Source: an uncultured Methanosarcinales archaeon (GTDB lineage Archaea; Nanobdellota; Nanobdellia; Woesearchaeales; JABMPP01). Taken from it: DNA of 40,423 bases. Positions within the stretch are counted from its first letter, which is position 1, and each line of letters opens with the position of its first letter. The stretch lies in the NCBI GenBank assembly GCA_964604995.1, contig CAZSAD010000002.1:1-40423 (forward strand), given 5' to 3'. The translations under genes were made by a program, and so were the position numbers. Positions 27,954 to 35,689 of the stretch are shown here, piece after piece. The notes beneath the pieces were generated by a model, which made no database searches, was not told the DNA's origin, and worked only from the letters and a program-made list of their open reading frames with translations.

Positions 27954-28556
27954 TTAATTATTTTTAATTTTTTTGAAATATTTTTTTAATATCGACTCAG
28001 TTAATAACCATATCCCTATAATCAATGCAATTAACATGGCAGCTAAAATAATTCCGAGTTGAAAATATTCATATAGATAACTAAACAATGCTCCAGAATA
28101 ATAACCTATTATTGTAATTATGCCACAATGAACAATACTTACAATTAAGGTGTATAAAATAAATTTTTTTATTGGCATTTTAGAATATCCTACCATAATT
28201 AAACCTGGCATTGGAAAAAGCGGTGCTGTTTTAATAACAAGTAAACTTTTAAAAGAGTGTTTTTTAATAAGGGAATTCAATTTTTTAATTTGTAAAAATT
28301 TAAATTTTTTACGAATATACTTATCAATAATTCTTTTTTTGCTCATTTTTCCTATTGTATAATAAATAAGATCGCCGATAAGATTACCTAAGACCGCTAA
28401 GATATATACTATAAATACATTAAAAAAACCAAGTGAAGCTGCAAAAGCAGCAACATAATTTACAATAGCACCTTCAATAATAAAAATCAAGAAAAGTACA
28501 AAATAACTCAATTCACTTACAGATTTTAATGCATTAGCAGCTATACTTAAGTCCAT
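27954..28556 (-). CDS. DedA/VTT-domain membrane protein
   Basis: IIEG, AVLGNLIGDLIYYTIG, GYSKMPIKKF. Confidence 0.85.
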   Translation of the reverse strand: MDLSIAANALKSVSELSYFVLFLIFIIEGAIVNYVAAFAASLGFFNVFIVYILAVLGNLIGDLIYYTIGKMSKKRIIDKYIRKKFKFLQIKKLNSLIKKHSFKSLLVIKTAPLFPMPGLIMVGYSKMPIKKFILYTLIVSIVHCGIITIIGYYSGALFSYLYEYFQLGIILAAMLIALIIGIWLLTESILKKYFKKIKNN

Positions 28557-28602
28557 AAACTAAGGTTTATTGTTACCTTAATTAATTTTGTCCCTAAAAT
28601 AA

Positions 28603-28755
28603 TTATTTAGGAAGTGTATACACTCGCTTATCAGCTAACTTTTTCTCAAGAATTACTGCAACCGCTTTTGGAAAAAGACTTTTCCAATTTCCATCTGGTC
28701 ACTTTGCATCAAATATTTTTCCAGAAACTTCTTCTAAATGCTCTTGGAATTTCAC
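28603..28755 (-). pseudogene. Possible remnant of NMN adenylyltransferase (NadM-like) C-terminus
   Basis: Manual translation ...EEVSGKIFDAK*PDGNWKSLFPKAVAVILEK... with an internal TGA; resembles the (I/V)SG...W..LVP.AV..I tail of archaeal NMNATs. Confidence 0.3.
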
Positions 28756-28846
28756 AACCTATCATATAAATAATAATGAGAAAGAATAAAAAATTAACGG
28801 TTTATTTATTGAAAAACAATATATAGTATAAATCATATTTAATTGC

Positions 28847-29638
28847 ATGCTTGACTATATTTTTATAATCAAATTTGTAATTGCGCTATCATTTATTCTT
28901 GCACTTTCTATCTTATCAGAAAAAATTGGTCCAAAATACGCAGGGATAATATCTGGTTTCCCTACAGGAACAGCAATAACACTATTTTTCTTTGGACTCG
29001 AAAATGGAACAGAATTCGCTGCGAAAAGTGCGGTTTATAATCTGGCAGGCATGGTCGCTCTTCAGGTTTTTATTTATACTTATTATAAGGCATCCCTAGT
29101 TTTTAAGAGATTTGAAATACTGGCTTCGTCTCTGTTCGCATTAAGCACTTATTTCATCTCAATTTATTTGATTAATCTCATTCATATAATCCCCATCTTT
29201 GCAGTGATACTCTTAGTTGTATCAATCCCCATATTTATTTATTTGATGAAAGATATCAAAGAAGTTAAAATTAAAAAAAGTGTAAAGATTACTCCATCTA
29301 TTTTAATATTTCGTTCAGTTTTTGCTACAATAATTATTGTGTTTATTATAATGATTGCTAAAGTTGTTGGGCCTCAATGGGCAGGACTTTTCTCAGCTTT
29401 TTCAACAACACTTTTTCCATTAATACTAATAACGCAAATATCTTATGGTAATAAACCAGTACACACTATAATTAAATATGTTCCTCAAGGTCTTTGGTCA
29501 ATGATATTTTTTAGCTGTGGAGTTTATTTTTTCTATCCATTAACTGGAATATATTGGGGGACATTAATTGCATATTCTTTTGTTGGTATGTATCTTTTTT
29601 TTGCATATTTATATTCACTTCACAAAAGAAAATTTTAA
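28847..29638 (+). CDS. Multi-pass membrane protein with internal two-fold repeat
   Basis: About 8 TM; repeated GPKYAGIISGFP / GPQWAGLFSAFS motif. Confidence 0.65.
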   Translation: MLDYIFIIKFVIALSFILALSILSEKIGPKYAGIISGFPTGTAITLFFFGLENGTEFAAKSAVYNLAGMVALQVFIYTYYKASLVFKRFEILASSLFALSTYFISIYLINLIHIIPIFAVILLVVSIPIFIYLMKDIKEVKIKKSVKITPSILIFRSVFATIIIVFIIMIAKVVGPQWAGLFSAFSTTLFPLILITQISYGNKPVHTIIKYVPQGLWSMIFFSCGVYFFYPLTGIYWGTLIAYSFVGMYLFFAYLYSLHKRKF

Positions 29639-29727
29639 TATCTCCAAATCTAGTAAAACATTTCTTATCTTTTTTATCAAGTAATTAAAAAATTCAGTTC
29701 ACAAAAAATAACAAAAAAAATAAAAAA

Positions 29728-31002
29728 TTAATTGATAATTTTTGATCTTGTGTTATAATTCAGATTACACATTCCACATTCCACACATCCGGCACTTGGT
29801 TTTTGAAAATATTTATCTTCCATTGCACCTTGTAAGACTTTAAGTCTTTCATTAAATAATTCAAACCTTTTTAACATTATTGGCCATACTTCTTCTCTAT
29901 CTACAAAATCTTTACTTAATGTCTTCCAATAAATATCATTCAATTTGCTTTTAGGTACAGCTCTACTAACTAAAAGTTCAGGTACAACTTTACCTAAACC
30001 TATTTCATAAGTTTTCGAAATAAATTCTGCAACCTCTTTTATTGGCTCAAGTTCTGGATAAAAATTTGTTTGAATTACAGTTGATACACCATATCCTAAG
30101 TTTGCTAACTGATTAAATATTTGCAGATATTTTTCTTTTTTAGGTTTTCCTGGTGCTAGTTGCATCCTTGCTTTATCATTTACCATTTCAATATTTATCA
30201 TAAATGTGTCGGTTTTAGCAAGACCTGTTTGTTCTAAATAATTCATTAAATTTTTTCTTTCCGTTAATGCAAATGGTGCTATTTCAACTGCAATTTTGTA
30301 TTTCGGAAAATTTTTTTTAATTTGAGAAACCACGTTTCCAACATAATTAATTTCTTCACCTAATCTATATAACTGACCTGTATTTATTACAATATTTTTT
30401 ATATTATACCCACTAGATTCTACAGTTATAATTTCTTTTAACACTTCTTTAAGATCAATTGGAACTTTTCCTTTCGCAGATCCTACAATACAAAATTCAC
30501 ATTCTCTTCTAGCGTCAAAAAGGTTACATCCCTTAAAAACCATTATTTCAAGAGTGCTATTTGAAGTTGCTGATATATTTTTAACTTCTGTTGGAATAGA
30601 TATCTCACTTGGCAAAATACTAATGCTCTCTTTGGTTATAACATTCTCTAGAGAATTTTCGTCATAAAGAATGGGACTATATTTTGCACCAATCATTGAA
30701 TTTTGCATAGGAAGTTTTACTTTGAAAGGTAAATTCTTATCAAATATAACAGCATTTTTTGCAGCGCTAAAACCACCACGTTTAAGACCATTTGGATTTA
30801 AGGGATCAATTTTTTGTGTTAAATCATTTACTCCAAAAAACAAAGCAGCTATTTTCCAGGCAGATCCTATACCATAATCTTTGATTAATAAATCCCAGTT
30901 TTTTTTGAAATTATCATATATTTCATCATTTACAATGAATAGAAGAATACTCTTTATTGTTATCTGATACAGTCTCGCTTTTTCTAACTTCATTTTCTCC
31001 AT
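29728..31002 (-). CDS. Radical SAM protein with atypical CX8CX2C motif (MSMEG_0568/NitD-like)
   Basis: GCNLFDARRECEFC, INIE...RMQLAPGK, C-terminal AGCVECGMC; the true start may be the SD-led ATG at 31021 (out of frame by 1 nt). Confidence 0.75.
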   Translation of the reverse strand: MEKMKLEKARLYQITIKSILLFIVNDEIYDNFKKNWDLLIKDYGIGSAWKIAALFFGVNDLTQKIDPLNPNGLKRGGFSAAKNAVIFDKNLPFKVKLPMQNSMIGAKYSPILYDENSLENVITKESISILPSEISIPTEVKNISATSNSTLEIMVFKGCNLFDARRECEFCIVGSAKGKVPIDLKEVLKEIITVESSGYNIKNIVINTGQLYRLGEEINYVGNVVSQIKKNFPKYKIAVEIAPFALTERKNLMNYLEQTGLAKTDTFMINIEMVNDKARMQLAPGKPKKEKYLQIFNQLANLGYGVSTVIQTNFYPELEPIKEVAEFISKTYEIGLGKVVPELLVSRAVPKSKLNDIYWKTLSKDFVDREEVWPIMLKRFELFNERLKVLQGAMEDKYFQKPSAGCVECGMCNLNYNTRSKIIN

Positions 31003-31117
31003 AAAATTCTTCTTGTTTCATTTTTTATTCCTCCATTCTAATTTTTATAAATAAATTATATTTTTGATTGGTATAACAAATCATAAATATTTATCTAGTA
31101 AGCTAACTAAAGAAATC

Positions 31118-31165
31118 TTAGTGATGATGATTAAATTCAATATTTTCACTGATTTTATTTACCAT
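31118..31165 (-). CDS. Putative leaderless leader peptide MVNKISENIEFNHHH
   Basis: ATG at 31165 lies 22 nt after TTTATATT (31195-31188) preceded by AAAGA; ends CAT CAT CAC TAA. Confidence 0.5.
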   Translation of the reverse strand: MVNKISENIEFNHHH

Positions 31166-31212
31166 ATTAATTACAAAGTAAAACTACAATATAAATCTTT
31201 GGAGATTATGAG

Positions 31213-31298
31213 TGCGGAGGGCAGGATTTGAACCTGCGAACCCACTAAGGGAACAGATCTTGAGTCTGCCGCATTTGACCAGACTTTGCTACCTCCGC
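31213..31298 (-). tRNA. tRNA-Leu(CAA)
   Basis: Acceptor GCGGAGG/CCTCCGC-A, anticodon stem GCAGA/TCTGT with loop CT-CAA-GA, long variable arm, GTTCAAATC; no encoded CCA. Confidence 0.95.
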
Positions 31299-31417
31299 GA
31301 ATGGTTTCGCCCATTCACGACGAAATTAGTATTAAGGGTATTTCGCTTTGCTCAATACCCTAACTCCATGCATGAGAACTAATATTGTTTTAAAAATCTA
31401 TTTGAAAAGTTTAAAGC

Positions 31418-31786
31418 TTACTCAATATAAATCTCAGTTTTTTTGTGCCATGTATGATATTCTTTTTCTATTTCATCAAGAACCAGATAAAATTTCCATG
31501 TATCAATAGTTCCATGGGCATACTTATATCTGGATGGTTTTTCATTAATATAAGCTAAGAGACCTTCTTTTATTCCATACTTTTTACCTTCCATATCTAC
31601 TCCATCAAGTGTTGGAACTTCTTCTATATCTGGATATTTTTCTAGAAATTTTTGAAGATCATGTTCCATATCTTCTTTTGAAATTGTCATACTTTTTCCA
31701 AACATAAAAATTGACCATAAAATTCTATAAGGCATATTATGATCAGCTAAATCATTAACTATTCTTACAATATTTTTTTTATCCAT
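31418..31786 (-). CDS. Hypothetical protein
   Basis: 122 aa ORF with SD-like AGGGG upstream; no recognised motif. Confidence 0.6.
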   Translation of the reverse strand: MDKKNIVRIVNDLADHNMPYRILWSIFMFGKSMTISKEDMEHDLQKFLEKYPDIEEVPTLDGVDMEGKKYGIKEGLLAYINEKPSRYKYAHGTIDTWKFYLVLDEIEKEYHTWHKKTEIYIE

Positions 31787-31904
31787 AAATTCCCCTTAAA
31801 TTTAATAATAGTTCATCTCTTAAAAGTCTTATTAAAAAATCACAAATTCAATTATTAAAAATGTCAATCTTTTTATATGGGATATTTTACTTATTTGATT
31901 TGTA

Positions 31905-32678
31905 TTGAAAATGATATCACTCTATAGTAAACAAAATGCTGACGCAATAAAATATAATAGTGTCCAACAAAATATTGCATCACAATATGATGGGAAAGTA
32001 AAAATATTAGATAATCCAGTTCTACAAGATATTTTACTAACTTTAAGAGATAAAAATACCGATTCTAGTACATTTAGAACATTAATTCATGAAGCAGGAA
32101 AACTTATGACTTTCGAAATTCTTGGTTATCCTGGAAATAATGTGCTTAAAAATACACAAACTCCCATGGGTCATGCACAGGGTACAGGTATTGACAAAAG
32201 GATTTACATTACTGAAATTTTGCGTGCAGCTGCACCATTTACTGAAGGAGGAATTGAACTTATTGATAAACTTGGATACAAAAGAGACATTGCAGTTATA
32301 GATGCAAAGCGTCTTGAGAGTGATAATGGTCCAGATGAAAATGGAATGTTTAATATGAAAGTCGAATTTACAACATTTAAAGCACCACCAATAAAAGAAA
32401 ACTCTTTAATAATTGTAGCTGATCCTATGCTTGCAACAGGTACAACACAAATTTTAACATTAGATAAACTTGCAAAATTTGAAAACTATTCTTATCCTGA
32501 AGTTTTATGTTTTATATCAGCACAATATGGCATTGAAGAATTATTAAAGAAACATCCTGAAGCTAATATTACAACTCTTGCAATTGATACAAAAGGTAAA
32601 TATAGGGGACTTAATGAAATAGCATATATTGTTCCAGGTCTTGGAGATGCAGGAGATAGAGCACATAGTTCAAATTAA
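31905..32678 (+). CDS. upp: Uracil phosphoribosyltransferase
   Basis: LTLRDKNT...FR, ILRAA, ADPMLATGT, AYIVPGLGDAGDR. Confidence 0.93.
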   Translation: MKMISLYSKQNADAIKYNSVQQNIASQYDGKVKILDNPVLQDILLTLRDKNTDSSTFRTLIHEAGKLMTFEILGYPGNNVLKNTQTPMGHAQGTGIDKRIYITEILRAAAPFTEGGIELIDKLGYKRDIAVIDAKRLESDNGPDENGMFNMKVEFTTFKAPPIKENSLIIVADPMLATGTTQILTLDKLAKFENYSYPEVLCFISAQYGIEELLKKHPEANITTLAIDTKGKYRGLNEIAYIVPGLGDAGDRAHSSN

Positions 32679-32746
32679 TAATACAAATTAATAATTCTAA
32701 TAAAAATTGAATTTAAATTAATACTCTTTTTTACTTTTTCAGTTAG

Positions 32747-32765
32747 AAAAGAAAATGTTTATATA
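32747..32765 (+). promoter_or_regulatory. Archaeal BRE/TATA promoter of aro operon
   Basis: Purine-rich AAAAGAAAA then TTTATATA (32758-32765), 22 nt before the leader ATG, the same spacing as for leaderless genes at 9155 and 16922. Confidence 0.75.
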
Positions 32766-32787
32766 TTTCTACACCTAAGTTATTTTC

Positions 32788-32859
32788 ATGACGTTAAAGA
32801 ACATTAAAATTGGAAATAGTTCTACATTTTACTTTTATAGCTTTAGCTTTTATTACTAA
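32788..32859 (+). CDS. Phe/Tyr-rich leader peptide of aro/phe operon (MTLKNIKIGNSSTFYFYSFSFYY)
   Basis: 23 codons; 8 of the last 10 are Phe or Tyr; directly upstream of DAHP synthase. Confidence 0.8.
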   Translation: MTLKNIKIGNSSTFYFYSFSFYY

Positions 32860-32970
32860 AAGCGTGCATTGACCAATTGATTTTTGAAATTCTAATGTTT
32901 ATTCAAACATCATACAAATCAAAATTGGAATTTCTTAAACCATAAATTTTATTTTTTTATTTTTTTATTA
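32846..32970 (+). terminator. Candidate attenuator: hairpins plus oligo-U tracts
   Basis: GCTTTTA/TAAAAGC stem over the leader stop (32846-32863); CCAATT...GATTT/AAATC...AATTGG long stem (32873-32928); T-tracts 32947-32966. Confidence 0.5.
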
Positions 32971-33006
32971 CAATTTCATTTATTAAAATAACAGGACGGT
33001 GGAAAA

Positions 33007-33828
33007 ATGGGAATTACACAAAATTTGAAACTTGTTTCAAAATCTGGAGAAAAAAAATCAATAGTTAAAGTTGGAAATGTCAAAATTGGAGAAGGATTTA
33101 CTATAATTGCAGGGCCTTGTAGTGTGGAGAGTGAAGAGCAAATACTTGAAACGGCTAGGGCAGTAAAAAAAGCAGGTGCACAAATGCTACGTGGCGGTGC
33201 ATTTAAACCCAGAACTTCACCTTATGCATTTCAAGGATTAGGATTAAAAGCATTAAAACTACTTGATATGGCAAGACAAGAAACTGGTTTACCTATTGTA
33301 ACTGAAGTAATAGATACAAGAGATGTTGCATGGGTTAGTGAGTATGCAGATATTTTGCAAATTGGTGCTAGAAACATGCAAAATTTTTCACTTTTAAAAG
33401 AAGCTGGAAAATCAGAAAGACCAGTTTTACTTAAAAGAGGAATGCATTCAACAATTGAAGAATGGATTAACTGCGCAGAATATATCATGAAAGAAGGAAA
33501 TGTTAATGTGATACTTTGTGAACGAGGAATTAGAACTTTTGAAACCTATACTAGAAATACTTTGGACTTAAGTGCAGTTGCAGCAGTAAAAGAACTCACA
33601 CATCTTCCAGTAATTGTTGACCCTACACACTCTACGGGAAGACCCAGTCTTATTCCTCCTATGAGCAAAGCATCAGTTGCTTGCGGAGCAGATGGTATAA
33701 TTGTTGAAGTTCATAGAAATCCACCTGAAGCTCTTAGTGATAAAGACCAAGCACTTACACCATTACAATTTAAACAGATGATGGATGACTTAACGCCTTT
33801 AGTTAATTTTATCCATAATAAACATTAA
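33007..33828 (+). CDS. aroF: DAHP synthase, type I-beta, without N-terminal regulatory domain
   Basis: IAGPCSVES, RGGAFKPRTSPY, QIGARNMQN, LKRG, CERGIRT, DPTHS, EVH...SD; SD GGTGG. Confidence 0.95.
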   Translation: MGITQNLKLVSKSGEKKSIVKVGNVKIGEGFTIIAGPCSVESEEQILETARAVKKAGAQMLRGGAFKPRTSPYAFQGLGLKALKLLDMARQETGLPIVTEVIDTRDVAWVSEYADILQIGARNMQNFSLLKEAGKSERPVLLKRGMHSTIEEWINCAEYIMKEGNVNVILCERGIRTFETYTRNTLDLSAVAAVKELTHLPVIVDPTHSTGRPSLIPPMSKASVACGADGIIVEVHRNPPEALSDKDQALTPLQFKQMMDDLTPLVNFIHNKH

Positions 33829-33877
33829 AATAATGAACATTAGAAAAAATAAAAATTGGAAAACTCGGTGAATTGAA

Positions 33878-34945
33878 GTGAAAAGTATTAAGATTTTTAG
33901 TGGCGGTAAAGAGTCAGAAATAATTATAGGTATGGCACTTTCAAATTATATTGGTCAACTTGAAAAAAGTGTCAGAGAAAACACTATTGTATTAATTGAA
34001 AAAAAATTACATGAAAAATTTTACAGTAAATTAAGTCAAATAAATTTAAATCAAATAATTGGTATGGTAATAAATGAAAGCATAAAAAATTTAGAGTCAG
34101 TTGAAAAAATTTACACTTTATTTTTGGAATTGAATGTAGATAGAAAAACAAATGTAATAATAATCGGAGGAGGAGTGCTTTGTGATGTTGCAGGATTTGC
34201 ATGTTCTACATACATGCGAGGATTGGATTTTGTTATGGTACCAACAACATTGCTTGCACAAACTGACGCATCAATTGGCGGAAAGAACGGTGTAAATTAC
34301 AAAGGATACAAAAACATGATTGGAACATTTTCACAGCCTAAATGTTGTTTAATTGATACAGAATTGTTAGATACTCTTCCCTATGAAATATTTGTAGAAG
34401 GGATGTCTGAAATCATTAAGCATGCAATCATTGGAGATATTGAATTATTTAATTTAATTGAAAAAAATATTAAAAAAATTAAGTCTAAAAATCATAATGT
34501 AATTAGTAAAATGCTTTGGAAATCAATTAATGTCAAGGTTAAAATTGTTAATTTAGATGAAACTGAAAAATCAGAAAGAAAAAAACTAAATTTTGGTCAT
34601 ACTATGGCTCATGCAATAGAAAAAACCCTTAAATTATCGCATGGAAAAGCAGTTAGTATTGGGATCATAAAAGAATTAGAAATTGCAGAAATTATTGAGA
34701 GAAACAAAGGAAGAGATGTTTCACAAATACTTCAAATTAAAAAGAGAACTGAAGATATTTTACGAGCATTTGAACTTCCAGTTGAATTAAAATTAAACCC
34801 TGAAAATATTTTCAGAGTAATATGCCATGATAAGAAAAAAGTTAGTGATAATATTACTTTGATAATCCCACAAGAAATTGGGAAGGTTTGTTTAGAGGAA
34901 TTAAATATTGAAGAAATGAGGCTGATAATTTATGATGTGTGTTAG
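33878..34945 (+). CDS. aroB: 3-dehydroquinate synthase
   Basis: GGGVLCDVAGF, PTTLLAQTDASIGGKNG, KNMIGTF, LNFGHTMAHAIE. Confidence 0.95.
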   Translation: MKSIKIFSGGKESEIIIGMALSNYIGQLEKSVRENTIVLIEKKLHEKFYSKLSQINLNQIIGMVINESIKNLESVEKIYTLFLELNVDRKTNVIIIGGGVLCDVAGFACSTYMRGLDFVMVPTTLLAQTDASIGGKNGVNYKGYKNMIGTFSQPKCCLIDTELLDTLPYEIFVEGMSEIIKHAIIGDIELFNLIEKNIKKIKSKNHNVISKMLWKSINVKVKIVNLDETEKSERKKLNFGHTMAHAIEKTLKLSHGKAVSIGIIKELEIAEIIERNKGRDVSQILQIKKRTEDILRAFELPVELKLNPENIFRVICHDKKKVSDNITLIIPQEIGKVCLEELNIEEMRLIIYDVC

Positions 34946-35678
34946 TTTAGGTGAAAAAACCTTTAAGGATACAAAAATAGCAATCAAAAAAGCTATTTTG
35001 TTAGGGGCAGATTTAGTAGAAATTAGATTAGATAAATTAAATGCTAGGGAACAATCCAAAATAACAACTTCAAAACTTAAAGATGTTTTCAATACAAAAC
35101 TCAGAATCAATAATAAAACATCAAAGGTTGATGTATTAATAACATCACATGAATCACATCACCAAAATATCAATCCAAAAAAAAGTAATGATGGTAAATG
35201 TAATGATAATAATCTAACCTGGAAAAATAAAATGTTAATTTCAGTTGATGCCAAAGCAAAATATATTGATATTGATTTTAGGAAAAATCGAAAAGAGATT
35301 TTGGATTTAATAAAATGTGCTAAAAAGAAAGGATGTAAAATAATTGTTTCATATCACAATTATAAAAGAACTCCAAAAGATAGTGAACTTAAAAAAATTA
35401 TTACAAAGTGCAAGTTACTAAATCCAAATTATATCAAAATAGCATGTACTGTAAATAAACTAGAAGATCATTTAACTATAACAAATCTAGTTGGAAGAAA
35501 AATCGGAACTGCAAAAATTATTACAATTGGTATGGGGAAAACTAGTAAAATTACAAGAATTATTGGTGCAACACTTGGTAATCCTATCAATTATGTATCT
35601 TTGAAAAAAGGAAAAGAAACTGCTCTTGGGCAAATTGATATCACTACAATGAAAAAATTACTGGGAAAATTAAATTAA
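34932..35678 (+). CDS. aroD: Type I 3-dehydroquinate dehydratase
   Basis: ADLVEIRLD, IVSYHNYKRTP, KIA, IGMG...TRI, TALGQ. Confidence 0.88.
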   Translation: MMCVSLGEKTFKDTKIAIKKAILLGADLVEIRLDKLNAREQSKITTSKLKDVFNTKLRINNKTSKVDVLITSHESHHQNINPKKSNDGKCNDNNLTWKNKMLISVDAKAKYIDIDFRKNRKEILDLIKCAKKKGCKIIVSYHNYKRTPKDSELKKIITKCKLLNPNYIKIACTVNKLEDHLTITNLVGRKIGTAKIITIGMGKTSKITRIIGATLGNPINYVSLKKGKETALGQIDITTMKKLLGKLN

Positions 35679-35689
35679 AGGGATTAAAA

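Noticed and set aside
28603..28755. TGA read-through (recoding or selenocysteine)
   Set aside because: TGA is used as a normal stop in this window (e.g. ZIP, ABC ATPase, aroE-K), and the fragment lacks the rest of a gene
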